The translations under genes were made by a program, and so were the position numbers. Positions 8,831 through 23,192 of a stretch of DNA of 64,000 nt are shown here, piece by piece. This DNA comes from Candidatus Iainarchaeum sp. (GTDB lineage Archaea; Iainarchaeota; Iainarchaeia; Iainarchaeales; GCA-2688035), in the NCBI GenBank assembly GCA_017610175.1, contig JAFCCO010000001.1, positions 32,001 through 96,000 on the forward strand, given 5' to 3'. The notes beneath the pieces were generated by a model. It had not been told where the DNA came from. It worked only from the letters and a program-made list of their open reading frames with translations, and searched no databases. Each line of letters starts with the position of its first letter. Positions within the stretch are counted from its first letter, which is position 1.

Positions 8831-9702
8831 TACAGCACCCTTGAAAGGTCCATTATTTTTACATAGTCCTCAAGAGCTCTTTTTGTGTAGTCGTTGAGTT
8901 TCAGTTCCTTCAATGCAAGATTTGGCTTCATCCATTTGAATTCGGTGCCCTCTCGCTTGTCAAGCGTTACCTTTGTGTCCTTTGCCTTTGCAAGGTAGTC
9001 AATCATTACAAAGTGCTTTCTCTTGTGGAACTTTGTTGGAAAGATTGCGTCGTGCAGTGTAAAGAGTTTTTCATCGTGGATTTCCATTCCTGTTTCCTCT
9101 TTAACTTCCCTTCTCAAAGCATCAAGCCTTGTTTCGCCCTTTTCAATGTGCCCGCCTGGGACACTGTATAGGTCATTCCACTTCGGGCTCTTCATCAAAA
9201 AGATCTCGTTCTTTTCGTTAAAAATTAATGCTCCAACAACCGGTTCAGGAAAGCCCACTTCAATTGAGTCAATTTTTTCCACGCGATGTTTGTGCCTTTC
9301 GCCTTCTTTCTTTTCTCCGTGGAATGTGCTGTTCAAAAATATTTTCACAAGGTTTAGTGCGTCTCCCTTTTCAAGAACGCGTCCGCCCAGGCAAATCACG
9401 TTGGCGTTGTTGTGTTCCTTTGCGGCTTTTGCGGAGAACTCGTCCCATATTACCGCGGCGCGAATTCCTGCAACCTTGTTTGCTGCAATGCTCATCCCGA
9501 TTCCAGTGCCGCAGCAAAGTATTCCAACAGACTCCTTGTCATCTGCAACCTCTTTGGCCACTTTTTCTGCAAAATCAGGGTAGTCACAGCTTTCCTCCGA
9601 ACCGCATCCAAGGTCCTTTACTTTGTTGTCATTTTCAAGGCCTTTTTTGATGAACTCCTTGAGTTCAAATCCGCCGTGGTCTGATGCCAGTATTATATCC
9701 AT
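8830..9702 (-). CDS. rpiB: RpiB ribose-5-phosphate isomerase fused to a Nudix hydrolase
   Basis: SDHGG, DYPD, CGTGIG, HNNAN; Nudix box GGHIEKGETRLDALRREVKEETG. Confidence 0.9.
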   Translation of the reverse strand: MDIILASDHGGFELKEFIKKGLENDNKVKDLGCGSEESCDYPDFAEKVAKEVADDKESVGILCCGTGIGMSIAANKVAGIRAAVIWDEFSAKAAKEHNNANVICLGGRVLEKGDALNLVKIFLNSTFHGEKKEGERHKHRVEKIDSIEVGFPEPVVGALIFNEKNEIFLMKSPKWNDLYSVPGGHIEKGETRLDALRREVKEETGMEIHDEKLFTLHDAIFPTKFHKRKHFVMIDYLAKAKDTKVTLDKREGTEFKWMKPNLALKELKLNDYTKRALEDYVKIMDLSRVL

Positions 9703-9778
9703 TTGGGGAACACCTTTTGAATTATTTTGTGCAAAGCGATGCTTAAAAATAAATGCGTTTTTGGGAGAAAAGGAGGGC

Positions 9779-10087
9779 TTATTCTTTGAGCTCTATTTCA
9801 ACGTGCACTGCTTCAGGGATTTCTACCCTCATTATTCTGCGAAGTGTCCTTTCGTCGGCTTCAATGTCCACAAGCCTTTTGTGTATGCGCAATTGCCACC
9901 TTTCGTAGGTTTCTGTTCCGCCTCCGCATGGGCTTTTTCTGGTTGGCACAATTAGTTTTTTGGTTGGGAGAGGTATTGCTCCTGAGTGCTTTACGCCTGT
10001 TCTTTCCGCAACCTCGAGAATTCTATTTGCAATCTCGGTTAATTGCTTGTAGTCCGGGCTTGTTAGCTTTATTCTTGCTTTTTGCAT
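9779..10087 (-). CDS. rps10: 30S ribosomal protein S10 (uS10)
   Basis: IPLPTKK...RKSPCGGG...IHKRL. Confidence 0.97.
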   Translation of the reverse strand: MQKARIKLTSPDYKQLTEIANRILEVAERTGVKHSGAIPLPTKKLIVPTRKSPCGGGTETYERWQLRIHKRLVDIEADERTLRRIMRVEIPEAVHVEIELKE

Positions 10088-10173
10088 TTTCAATACCTCT
10101 GCTTACCAAAATTTAAAAAAAATGGAAAATTGGAAAGCAATAACAACACTGCTTTCCTTTCCCTGTGTTCTAT

Positions 10174-11448
10174 TTATTTCTTTTCCCTTGGGGTTATTGA
10201 CAGTACAATTCCTGCTGCAACTGTCTGCCCCATGTCCCTTATTGCAAAGCGACCGAGCTGTGGGAATTTCTTGTATTCTTCAAGAACCACTGGCTTGGTT
10301 GGCACAATCTTTACGATTGCTGCGTCGCCTGTTTTCAGGAACTTAGGGTTTTCCTCTTTAACCTGCCCTGTCTTGGGGTCAAGTTTCTTCTGGATTTCAG
10401 TTATCGTGCATGACAACTGAGCTGTGTGCATGTGGAACACAGGTGTGTAGCCCACTGGGATTGCGGTCGGGTGTGACAATACAACAATTTGTGCTATAAA
10501 GTCCTTTACGATTGTTGGAGGGTCGCTCACGTGTCCGATTACGTCCCCTCTTGCAATGTCTCCCTTGCCAATTCCCCTTACGTTAAAGCCAACGTTGTCG
10601 CCTGGCTTTGCTTCGGGGAGCTGCTCGTGGTGCATTTCAATTGTTTTTACTTCGGTTGTTACGCCTGGCGGGTTAATTATTACCTTGTCGCCTGGCTTTA
10701 GGATTCCTGTCTCAACCCTTCCTACCGGGACAACTCCAACACCTTTGATGTTGTAAACGTCTTGGATTGGAAGCCTGAGTGGCTTGCCTGTTGGAAGCTC
10801 TGATGCTTTGAATTCGTCTAAAGCATCCATGAGTGTAGATCCTTTATGCCATGTCATCTTTTCACTTTTCTTGACGACATTGTCGCCAACCCAAGCCGAG
10901 ACCGGGATAAATTGGATCATGTTTTCCTTAAAGCCAACGCCTGTAAGGAGTTTTTTCATTGAGTCCTGGACTTCTTTGAATTTTGCCTCTTCGAAGTTGA
11001 CTTCGTCCATTTTGTTGATTGCGACGATTATCTGCTTCAGGCCCATGACCTGTGCAAGGAATGCGTGCTCCTTTGTCTGGGGCTGCACTCCCTCTTTAGC
11101 TGCAACAACCAAAACGGCTGCGTCAGCCTGTGAGGTTCCTGTAATCATGTTCTTTACAAAGTCTTTGTGTCCTGGGGCATCAATTATGGTAAAGTTGTTT
11201 TTCTTGCCCTCAAATCTCTTGTAGGCAACGTCGATTGTTACACCGCGCTCCCTTTCTTCCTTCAGGTTGTCCATTGCGTAAGCGAAGGCAAAGGTTCCTT
11301 TTCCCCTTTCCTGTGCTTCTGCTTCAAGCTTCCTGTACTCCTGCTCTGACAAAGCGCCCGAGTCGTAAAGGAGCCTTCCGACAAGTGTGCTTTTGCCGTG
11401 GTCGACGTGACCAATGAATACTAAGTTCAAGTGTGGTTTTTCTGCCAT
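10174..11448 (-). CDS. tuf: elongation factor 1-alpha
   Basis: [36 protein letters not shown]. Confidence 0.98.
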   Translation of the reverse strand: MAEKPHLNLVFIGHVDHGKSTLVGRLLYDSGALSEQEYRKLEAEAQERGKGTFAFAYAMDNLKEERERGVTIDVAYKRFEGKKNNFTIIDAPGHKDFVKNMITGTSQADAAVLVVAAKEGVQPQTKEHAFLAQVMGLKQIIVAINKMDEVNFEEAKFKEVQDSMKKLLTGVGFKENMIQFIPVSAWVGDNVVKKSEKMTWHKGSTLMDALDEFKASELPTGKPLRLPIQDVYNIKGVGVVPVGRVETGILKPGDKVIINPPGVTTEVKTIEMHHEQLPEAKPGDNVGFNVRGIGKGDIARGDVIGHVSDPPTIVKDFIAQIVVLSHPTAIPVGYTPVFHMHTAQLSCTITEIQKKLDPKTGQVKEENPKFLKTGDAAIVKIVPTKPVVLEEYKKFPQLGRFAIRDMGQTVAAGIVLSITPREKK

Positions 11449-11571
11449 TTCAATTACCTCCAATTATTAATTCGCCACCAATTCTTTCACTGGGGAAATT
11501 GGAAACCACTATTTATGATTTCCCCCCTGAAAACCTTTAAAAATCAATGCTTTAAGCCGTTTTAACCCTCT

Positions 11572-13764
11572 TTACTCCAGGAAAAAGTTGGCCGACTTAA
11601 CTGTCGAGTCCATGCCTTTTCTCTTTCTGACTTCCTCTGTCACCTGCTTTTGCAGTTCTTTTGGGAGTTGTTCGTAGCCTGCGTATTCCGCGGTCCAGAT
11701 TGCCCTTCCCTGGGTTGCTCCCCTAATGTCAGCAGAGAACCCAATGAGCTCTTTTACAGGTGCTTTGGCTATAATTATTGTTGTGTCGCCTTCAGTGTTC
11801 ATTTCAGTAATCTGGGTTCTTTTTGAGCCCAGTTCCTTTGTTACCGCACCCATGTAGTCCTGTGGGACCGAAATTGTCAGTGTTTGCTTTGGTTCCTTTA
11901 GGATTGGGTTTGCTGAAAGCATGCAGGCGTAAATTGTTCTTGTTGTCAGCGGGAGAATCTGTGCAGGCCCTCTGTGGATTGCGTCCTCGTGAAGGGTTGC
12001 GTCCTCAATGTACACAATAACTCCCATGCAATTTTCTTTTGCAAGTGGGCCGTTTTCCATTGCGTCGCTGAATCCCTGTATTACAAGTTCACGGATTTCG
12101 TGCAGTGCAACAATTCCCCTTGTTGTGTCAACAAGAAGGTTGTTGTTGTGCACAGCCCAGACCTTTCTTGATGTGTCCCGTCCAAATCCGCATTCTTCAA
12201 ATTGTGCAATCATTGCGGGGTCCTTTGGCTTTACTTTGCCCTGGATTTTCTTTTCCGCAAGTTTTTCAAACTGTTCCTGTGGCATGGGTTCAACGCTCAT
12301 TTTAAACTTGTTGTGCTTGTTTGGGCTTTTTCCCTCCAAAACCGGCGATTCTGCTGTTACGGTTTCCCTGTACACAACAATTGGCGGGCTCACGATGATT
12401 GGAATTTTGTGGTCGTGCTCAATTCTGTGCTGGGTAACTTCCAGGTGAAGCTCTCCCATTCCGGAAATAAGGTGTTCGCCTGTTTCCTGGTTTAAGCTGG
12501 CCACAACATTGGGGTCTTCTTTTGTAATTTGCCTGATAACTTCAATCAGTTTTGGCAAATCCTTTGTCTGCTTTGCTTCAACGCTTACGGTCATTACCGG
12601 TTCGGTTGAGCTCTTAAAGCTTTCAAACGGCAATATGTCCTGGCTTCCAAGTGTTTCTCCTGTAAAAACCTCTTTTAGGCCGACAATGCATGCAATGTTT
12701 CCCGCAGGCACCTCGTCAACAGTTACCCTTTCAGGGCCCATAAAGACTCCAACCTGCTGTATTGCAATTTCTTTCTTGCTTGTGATAAGTTTTACTTTAA
12801 GGCCTTGCTTCATTGTTCCTGAGTAAACACGGCCTGTTGCAATGTCTCCTGCGTGCGGGTCAACGCTGACATTCGTTACCATCATTGCAAATGGCCCTGT
12901 TTCATCGCATGTAAGCATTGCTTTTCCTGTTGCACTCTCTGCTTCCCCTTTCCAGATGTTTGGAATCCTGTATTTCTGTGCATCAATTGGGTTGGGGAGG
13001 TGGTTAATTACCATCTCAAGTATTGCTTTGTAAAGCGGGCTCTTTACTGCAAGCTCTTTTTGGGTGTCCTCTTTCATGTGCCTGTACACATCGGAGAAAC
13101 CGATTTTTGTTGCCTGCATCATGGGAACACTTACTGCCCAATTGTAGTATGCCGAACCAAATGCCACGCTTCCGTCTTCAACCTTAACGTTCCACTGTCC
13201 CTTTAATTTTTCAGGGGCGTTCTTGCTTATGAGGTTGTTTACTTTTGCAATTGTTTTGATAAATCTTTCCTGCATCTGCTTTTCGTCAAGCTGCAGTTCA
13301 CTAATTAGCCTGTCAACCTTGTTTATGAAAAGTGTTGGCTTTACGTTTTCCTTTAACGCCTGCCTGATAACTGTTTCTGTCTGGGGCATTGTTCCTTCCA
13401 CTGCGTCAACAACAACAATAACACCGTCAACGGCCCTCATTGCCCTGATGACGTCTCCGCCAAAGTCAACGTGTCCAGGGGTGTCAATTACGTTAATTAG
13501 GTATTTGTTGTCTTCGTATTCGTGAACAAGTGAAATGTTTGCCGCGTTGATTGTGATTCCTCTTTCCTGCTCAAGCTCGTATGAGTCCATGAAAAGCTGC
13601 TTTCCGGCAAGTTCTTTGCTGATTAATCCGGCTGCAGCAATGAGGTTGTCTGTCATTGTTGTTTTGCCGTGATCGATGTGTGCAACGATTCCGATGTTTC
13701 TGATATTTTTCCTGTTGCTCATAAGAGAGCTTGCAAGCTTAACCATTTCTTCTTTTCTGCCCAT
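11572..13764 (-). CDS. fusA: elongation factor 2
   Basis: AHIDHGKTT, DTPGHVDF, NKVD; diphthamide loop HEDAIHRG intact. Confidence 0.98.
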   Translation of the reverse strand: MGRKEEMVKLASSLMSNRKNIRNIGIVAHIDHGKTTMTDNLIAAAGLISKELAGKQLFMDSYELEQERGITINAANISLVHEYEDNKYLINVIDTPGHVDFGGDVIRAMRAVDGVIVVVDAVEGTMPQTETVIRQALKENVKPTLFINKVDRLISELQLDEKQMQERFIKTIAKVNNLISKNAPEKLKGQWNVKVEDGSVAFGSAYYNWAVSVPMMQATKIGFSDVYRHMKEDTQKELAVKSPLYKAILEMVINHLPNPIDAQKYRIPNIWKGEAESATGKAMLTCDETGPFAMMVTNVSVDPHAGDIATGRVYSGTMKQGLKVKLITSKKEIAIQQVGVFMGPERVTVDEVPAGNIACIVGLKEVFTGETLGSQDILPFESFKSSTEPVMTVSVEAKQTKDLPKLIEVIRQITKEDPNVVASLNQETGEHLISGMGELHLEVTQHRIEHDHKIPIIVSPPIVVYRETVTAESPVLEGKSPNKHNKFKMSVEPMPQEQFEKLAEKKIQGKVKPKDPAMIAQFEECGFGRDTSRKVWAVHNNNLLVDTTRGIVALHEIRELVIQGFSDAMENGPLAKENCMGVIVYIEDATLHEDAIHRGPAQILPLTTRTIYACMLSANPILKEPKQTLTISVPQDYMGAVTKELGSKRTQITEMNTEGDTTIIIAKAPVKELIGFSADIRGATQGRAIWTAEYAGYEQLPKELQKQVTEEVRKRKGMDSTVKSANFFLE

Positions 13765-13775
13765 TAGATCACCTA

Positions 13776-14378
13776 TTATCTCGATGCTTTTGCTATCCTT
13801 TCAACTTCGTCTCTTCTTTTCACGCTAAAGCTCTTGTTGTCTTCCTTTGATGCAAGAATCAGTTCTTCTGCAAGAGCTGTTGGGGCGTCAAGTTTCTTGT
13901 TGAATGATGCTGCAAATCCTGAAATTGCGATATTTTTTAATGATTCGTCAACGCGTGTGAGTGGTGCAACGTCTACTGCCTGGCTGTAAACTATTCCGCC
14001 CTTCTTTACCCTTGTTACGTCCTCTCTTGGGGCTGCGTTTTCAATTGCTTTAACAAGGACCTGTAGAGGATTCTCGTTTGTTTTGGCTTCAATAATTTCA
14101 AATGCCTTTTCAACTATTTCCATAGCCTGAAGTTTTTTTCCGCAGCTTCCCCTTCCTCTTATATATTTTCCGGAGAGTTTTCTTTTTCCCTGGCCGCTTC
14201 TCATAATCTTGTTCACAAGCCTTTCAACGATGTTAATGTTTCCCTTGTCAAACCTTTTTTTTGCCTTTCGCCCGAATGTGTGGGGGAAGAGTTTTGAGTC
14301 AAGGCTTATGTATCTTGCAAGCCCGAGGTCTGAGATTTTTACCTCTGATGTGTCCCATTTGTCAAATGTCATGGTCAT
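13776..14378 (-). CDS. rps7: 30S ribosomal protein S7 (uS7)
   Basis: NPLQVLVKAIENAAPRE, EVERIAKASR. Confidence 0.97.
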   Translation of the reverse strand: MTMTFDKWDTSEVKISDLGLARYISLDSKLFPHTFGRKAKKRFDKGNINIVERLVNKIMRSGQGKRKLSGKYIRGRGSCGKKLQAMEIVEKAFEIIEAKTNENPLQVLVKAIENAAPREDVTRVKKGGIVYSQAVDVAPLTRVDESLKNIAISGFAASFNKKLDAPTALAEELILASKEDNKSFSVKRRDEVERIAKASR

Positions 14379-14383
14379 TTCAA

Positions 14384-14812
14384 TTACCTCTTAACCTTCT
14401 CCTTTCTTCCTGACCTAAGCATTTCAAGCGCCTGGTTGTTTACGTGGGTTACGCGGTATTTCACGCCCCAAAGGTCGCCGTATGGTCCCTTTTGGGCCCC
14501 ACCGATTCCTTCAACAATGACTTCGTCGTGCTCGTCGATAAATTTTATTGCGCCGTCCTTTGGTGCAAGTGCGGTTAGCTGCTTTCCGTTTTTGATAAGC
14601 TGTACCCTAACGCATTTTCTGATTCCTGAGTTTGGCTGCTTTGCAGTAACTCCCCTTTTCTCTGTGACAATTCCTCTTGCCTGGGGGGATCCCTCGAGCA
14701 GGTCGTACTTAATGTCAAGGCCCATTTTCTTTCTCTTGTATTTGGGCTTTTTCCATCTCCATTTCTTTCTGTCTTTCTCGAGTTGTCTTCCTGCGAATTC
14801 TCCTTTTGCCAT
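14384..14812 (-). CDS. rps12: 30S ribosomal protein S12 (uS12)
   Basis: [20 protein letters not shown]. Confidence 0.97.
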   Translation of the reverse strand: MAKGEFAGRQLEKDRKKWRWKKPKYKRKKMGLDIKYDLLEGSPQARGIVTEKRGVTAKQPNSGIRKCVRVQLIKNGKQLTALAPKDGAIKFIDEHDEVIVEGIGGAQKGPYGDLWGVKYRVTHVNNQALEMLRSGRKEKVKR

Positions 14813-14817
14813 AAAAA

Positions 14818-15228
14818 TCACTTCAACCTAACTTCTTCCAATCCATAGTTCCTTTGAGCTATTTCCTTAATCCTCTTAAATTTTCCCATTGCGGTCAAAA
14901 CTTTTCTTTTCTCTCCGGCTTCAAGCAAAACAATTGCTTTCTTTTTGCCTTCGCCTTTGAGTTCCACTCCTTTTACTTTGACAGTGTAGAGGGCTTTTTT
15001 GAAAAATTCGCCGACATTTTCGGTGTAACCGAGAATCTCAACATTTTTCCTGAGCTTTTCCTTCAATGCCTTAACATTGCTTGCGTTCTTTCCTATTGCC
15101 TTTCCAACGTCGCGCCCTTTCACAAGAAACACAATGTTATTGCCTTGGACAACAACATCCCTTGCAACAACACGTGTGGCGCTGTTGAAGGTATTCATGT
15201 AAAAAATTTCGTCACTGCCTATTTTCAT
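14818..15228 (-). CDS. nusA: archaeal NusA-like KH protein
   Basis: [12 protein letters not shown] motif; conserved position between L30e and S12. Confidence 0.9.
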   Translation of the reverse strand: MKIGSDEIFYMNTFNSATRVVARDVVVQGNNIVFLVKGRDVGKAIGKNASNVKALKEKLRKNVEILGYTENVGEFFKKALYTVKVKGVELKGEGKKKAIVLLEAGEKRKVLTAMGKFKRIKEIAQRNYGLEEVRLK

Positions 15229-15242
15229 GCCACTGTTTCCCT

Positions 15243-15548
15243 TTATTCTTTCGCTGCATCAAGCACTTTGCTTTTTCCCTGTTCTTCAATGCTTAGCACC
15301 GAAACAACGAAGGGTTTCCCGCAAACGCTTCCAAGCTGCAATCCACTGCCCTTGAATTCGTATACCGGAACTTTGCTCACCATGCAAACTTGCTTGATTC
15401 TTTCCTTAAGCTGTGACTGAGCGTTTCCGCTTATAATAATTAACTTAGCAACACCCTTTAAAACACTTTTCTCGGCTTGCTGATTGCCGAATGTGACTTT
15501 TCCTGTGTCAACCGCCCTTCTTATTTCCCTTGAAACGTCCATTTTCAT
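15243..15548 (-). CDS. rpl30e: 50S ribosomal protein L30e
   Basis: AVDTGKV, LGSVCGKPF. Confidence 0.95.
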   Translation of the reverse strand: MKMDVSREIRRAVDTGKVTFGNQQAEKSVLKGVAKLIIISGNAQSQLKERIKQVCMVSKVPVYEFKGSGLQLGSVCGKPFVVSVLSIEEQGKSKVLDAAKE

Positions 15549-15555
15549 CCCTCTG

Positions 15556-19448
<3,893 letters not shown>

Positions 19449-19460
19449 CCTTTTTTCACC

Positions 19461-21281
19461 TTAAGCCTTGTCTGTTATTCTTAGTTTTGGGAGTACTCCA
19501 AGTGCCTTGAGCTCGTCAAGCAAAAGTTTGAATCCGTAGCTCATTTCAACAGGGTATACTTTGCTTCCTCCGCAGAGTCCGCAGTATTTCCTGTTCCTTA
19601 TTTGGTCGTTTATTGCAATAATTCCGCATTTCTCGCACACAAGTTCTGTTACCTTGTCCGAGTCCTCGATAAACTTTTCGTGCAAAAGCATTGCTGCCCC
19701 GTGCCCTACAAGTGTTTCCCCTTCCATCTCTCCGAACCTTAGACCGCCCTCTTTTTCCTTTCCTTCGGTTGGCTGTCTTGTCAGTATCTGCACAGGCCCT
19801 CTTGATCTTGCCTGCATTTTGTGTGCAACAAGGTGGAACAGTCTCCTGTATGAGATAACGCCTGTGAAGATGGTTGCCTGAATCTTTTCGCCGGTTACTC
19901 CGTCATAAAAGACTTCCTTTCCGTCTCCTCTGAATCCGCGCTCTTCAAGCATTTTTTCAAGCTCTGCCTGCGGTGTTGAGCTGAATGGAGTTCCGTCTAC
20001 AATTTCTCCTTTTAAGCAGCCTGCTTTTCCGGCAAGCATTTCAAGCAAGTGCCCTATTGTCATTCTGCTTGGGATGCTGTGCGGGTTAATTATTAGGTCG
20101 GGTTTTATTCCCTCGGCTGTAAATGGCATGTCTACTTCAGGCGCAATTGCTCCAATTACTCCTTTCTGCCCGTGCCTTGAGCTGAATTTGTCTCCAACTT
20201 CCGGCTGCATTGTGCTTCTGATTTTAATCTTTGCAAGCATGTTTCCGTCTGCATTTTCTGTAACAACAACCTTGTCAACAACTCCGGGCTTTCCTTTTCT
20301 GGTTGTGACACTGCTTTCCCTTCTCTTTTCCTTAACTACGCCGAATTCTGAAATTTCCTCAAGGAATCTTGGGGGTGAGGTTCTGCCTATCACAATATCT
20401 TTTTCGTTGACTTGCTGTTCAAGCATCACGAGGCCGTCTGCACCAAGTTTCTTGTAGTACTCGTCTCCCAAATACCCTTCCGTTTCGTCGTTTGGTATCT
20501 CAAACTTATCTGTTTGCCCGCCTGGGTATCTCTGCTCGCTTGCCTCATACATTCTAAGGTAAGAGCTTCTTGCAAGCCCTCTTTGCACCGCTCCCTCGTT
20601 CAAAATAAGGGCATCGAGTGTGTTAAAGCCGTAGTATGGCATAATTGCAACAACAAAATTCTGCACCTGGGGCCTCTTGTCAAGCTCAAGCAGGTCCATT
20701 ATCTTTGTTTTGACAAGGTTTTTCTGCGGGTAGTGCAGTAAGTAGCCTTCGGTGTCTGTTCTCAAATTGTAGTTTGTTCCGCAGATTCCTATTGCCTGCT
20801 TGAACATTTTTGCCCCGTGCAGTGCCTTTCCCGCCATGTTGTGCTGCAGGTAAGGAATCATTGATGAAATTATGCTGAATATTCCTACTGCGTCAATTTC
20901 AAGGTGTGAGTGCTCTTTTGTGAGCTCGTCCTCACTAAGTGCGATTAGTGCGTTTTCCTCTTCCTCCGCATCAAGGTATTCGATTACCCCTTCTTTCAGG
21001 AGGTCTTCCCAGTGAAGCTTGCCCTCTTTTACTTTGTGGACCTGTTCTTCTGTGAGCTTTGACTTTCCGTTTTCAACAACCACAAGCGGCCTTTGCAATC
21101 GGCCTGCATCTGTGTTTATGTATAATTCGTTTGTGTCCTCGTGGAATGCAATGTTTACCTGCTTGTCAATTTTTCCGGTCCTTCTTGATTCCACAAGCTC
21201 TTGGTTAAGTTTTCCCGGCTGGTTGTGGAAACCTATAAGTCGTCCGTTAATGTAAATTTTTGCTTCTTTTTTTGCCGCCAT
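19461..21281 (-). CDS. rpoB1: RNA polymerase subunit B' (Rpo2C)
   Basis: GDKFSSRHGQKG, GGLRFGEME, C-terminal zinc finger. Confidence 0.98.
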   Translation of the reverse strand: MAAKKEAKIYINGRLIGFHNQPGKLNQELVESRRTGKIDKQVNIAFHEDTNELYINTDAGRLQRPLVVVENGKSKLTEEQVHKVKEGKLHWEDLLKEGVIEYLDAEEEENALIALSEDELTKEHSHLEIDAVGIFSIISSMIPYLQHNMAGKALHGAKMFKQAIGICGTNYNLRTDTEGYLLHYPQKNLVKTKIMDLLELDKRPQVQNFVVAIMPYYGFNTLDALILNEGAVQRGLARSSYLRMYEASEQRYPGGQTDKFEIPNDETEGYLGDEYYKKLGADGLVMLEQQVNEKDIVIGRTSPPRFLEEISEFGVVKEKRRESSVTTRKGKPGVVDKVVVTENADGNMLAKIKIRSTMQPEVGDKFSSRHGQKGVIGAIAPEVDMPFTAEGIKPDLIINPHSIPSRMTIGHLLEMLAGKAGCLKGEIVDGTPFSSTPQAELEKMLEERGFRGDGKEVFYDGVTGEKIQATIFTGVISYRRLFHLVAHKMQARSRGPVQILTRQPTEGKEKEGGLRFGEMEGETLVGHGAAMLLHEKFIEDSDKVTELVCEKCGIIAINDQIRNRKYCGLCGGSKVYPVEMSYGFKLLLDELKALGVLPKLRITDKA

Positions 21282-21290
21282 TTAATTCAC

Positions 21291-22757
21291 CTAAAGTTTC
21301 CTCAGCTTAACGCCTTTCTTGTTAAGAATTTCCTCAATTGGCGTTTCGTCGGTTTCTGTTGTTACCTCTGCAAGCATTGCGAGGTTTTTAACAAGTCCGC
21401 ACTGCGGCCCGTCTGGGGTTTCGATTGGCCCAAGCCTTCCCCAGTGTGTTCCGTGCACGTCCCTTGCTTCGTAAAGTTCCCTGTTCTTGTTCAGCGGGCT
21501 TTTAACCTTTCTCATGTCCGAAAGCGGGCTTAAGTAGTTAACCCTGTCCATAAACTTGCTTACTCCGGTTGAACGCCCAATCCAGTTTCCTGTGCTCATG
21601 GCAAACTTGATTCTTTCGCTTACGGCTCCAGGCCTTACAATTGTGCTGATGTTAAGTTTTCTTCTTCTTGTAACTGTTCTGTCAATCTGGAACCTTAAGT
21701 CCTTTATGAAATATTTGAAGCTGTATCTGAAAAGGTGCTCCATGAGCTTTCCGCTCAATTCAAGCCTTTTGTTGCTGTAGTGGTCCTTGTCGTCCGCTTC
21801 CCTGATTCCGTACGACCTTTCAATTGCCTTTGTTGCCATCATGACAAGGTAGTATGCTTTTGCAAGCCTAAATTCCTTTGTCTGCCCGATGTGCGGGAGC
21901 AGGAAAGCGTCAATTACTTCCTGTGCCCTCTTAAGCCTGTAATCAATTATCTGGCCTGGGGCAACGAATTTTCCAATCTTGTCAAGGGCCTCTTCCTCTG
22001 TTTTTACAAGGGTGTTTTCCCAGTTTACAAGAATATCGTTATGAACCTCTATTTCGTCAGGGAAAGCGCTCTGAATGTCCTTAATGCTCTTAAGCCCCAA
22101 GGCTTTTAGCAAAACAAACAGCATTAATTTTCTTGGGGAAGCAGGGAATGTAACGTTAAGAATTCCGTCATCCCTTCTTGAAACCCTTACTCGTCCCTTG
22201 AATGCTCCTTTTGTGGAAATTACCTCTGAAGCAACTCCCTTTACTTCCTTTGCAATCAGGACACGGTCAGATGCAAGAACTTCCTGAGTCATCAGGATTT
22301 TCTCCGAACCGTTTATGATAAAGTATCCGCCAACATCCATTGGGTCTTCACCAACTTCAATAAGCTCTTCATTTGATAATCCATTAAGCCAGCAAAGGTC
22401 GCTTTTGAGCATTAGTGGCATTTCCCCAATGCACGCTCTCCTAATGTCCTGCTCAACATCCCGCCTAAGCAGCCTCATTGTAATCCAGATGTCTCCGGCA
22501 TAGGTTCTGTTCCTAATCCTTGCTTCCATCGGGAAAATCATATCGCGCGGGGAGCCGTCGGCTTCTCTTATGCTTGGCTTTCTGATTTCAATGTCAGACA
22601 ATTCGATTTTAACTTCTTCAATTTTTGGGATTATTTCGTCGTTTTCTTCAACGATTTCCGGGAGCTTTTTTTCGATGAACTGGTTGAATGAGTCTATCTC
22701 CATTTGTGCAAAATCCTTGTCATGGAAATAGCTTTCAATTAATGGCCAACGATCCAA
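21291..22757 (-). CDS. rpoB2: RNA polymerase subunit B'' (Rpo2N)
   Basis: GGYFIING, DDKDHYSNKR, ETPDG; TTG start. Confidence 0.97.
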   Translation of the reverse strand: MDRWPLIESYFHDKDFAQMEIDSFNQFIEKKLPEIVEENDEIIPKIEEVKIELSDIEIRKPSIREADGSPRDMIFPMEARIRNRTYAGDIWITMRLLRRDVEQDIRRACIGEMPLMLKSDLCWLNGLSNEELIEVGEDPMDVGGYFIINGSEKILMTQEVLASDRVLIAKEVKGVASEVISTKGAFKGRVRVSRRDDGILNVTFPASPRKLMLFVLLKALGLKSIKDIQSAFPDEIEVHNDILVNWENTLVKTEEEALDKIGKFVAPGQIIDYRLKRAQEVIDAFLLPHIGQTKEFRLAKAYYLVMMATKAIERSYGIREADDKDHYSNKRLELSGKLMEHLFRYSFKYFIKDLRFQIDRTVTRRRKLNISTIVRPGAVSERIKFAMSTGNWIGRSTGVSKFMDRVNYLSPLSDMRKVKSPLNKNRELYEARDVHGTHWGRLGPIETPDGPQCGLVKNLAMLAEVTTETDETPIEEILNKKGVKLRKL

Positions 22758-22773
22758 AAAAACTCAACCCCTT

Positions 22774-23004
22774 TTACCCTACAACCCTGTAGTAAATTGT
22801 TTTTCCCGCAGTCTGCGAGTTTCTTACAATCTTTACGATGTCGCCCCTCAAGGGCTTAAATTCCTTTATTGCAGGATCAGTTTTCGAAATAACCGGAAGC
22901 TGACCCGCTGTTATTACAAGTTCAGCGAGAATTTTTTCAGCCTGCTCTTTGGGAAGCAAATAATGCTTTGGAACCAAAAAATGGTCGTTTATCGAGAAAA
23001 CCAA
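22774..23004 (-). CDS. rpoH: RNA polymerase subunit H (Rpo5)
   Basis: HFLVPKH, LPVISKTDP, YYRVV; TTG start at 23004 behind GGGTG is inferred. Confidence 0.93.
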   Translation of the reverse strand: MVFSINDHFLVPKHYLLPKEQAEKILAELVITAGQLPVISKTDPAIKEFKPLRGDIVKIVRNSQTAGKTIYYRVVG

Positions 23005-23031
23005 GAATACACCCACTATCTAAATTAAAAA

Positions 23032-23136
23032 TGGCGATTTTTAATGCAAAAACGTGATTGGACAGGTAATCTCAACCATTTAAGTTTCAATTTAAGGCAT
23101 CAACTTAAAACAATCACGCGCATTAAAAAATCGCCA
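23032..23136 (-). ncRNA. candidate structured RNA or leader upstream of the rpo operon
   Basis: nested inverted repeats of 16, 8 and 8 bp; TATA-like ATTAAATA about 25 nt upstream on minus strand. Confidence 0.45.
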
Positions 23137-23192
23137 CAAATACCTCTACTCAAGAGATTGTATTTAATATAATCTAAATCATAGAAAGCTTT

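Noticed and set aside
11492-11525. GGGGAAAT/ATTTCCCC inverted repeat between fusA and tuf as an RNA leader
   Set aside because: A single 8-bp stem, and the TSS predicted from the nearby TATA falls inside it; too weak to call
23032-23140. H/ACA guide RNA (plus-strand hairpin followed by ACA)
   Set aside because: No K-turn or K-loop and no open pseudouridylation pocket at the expected distance
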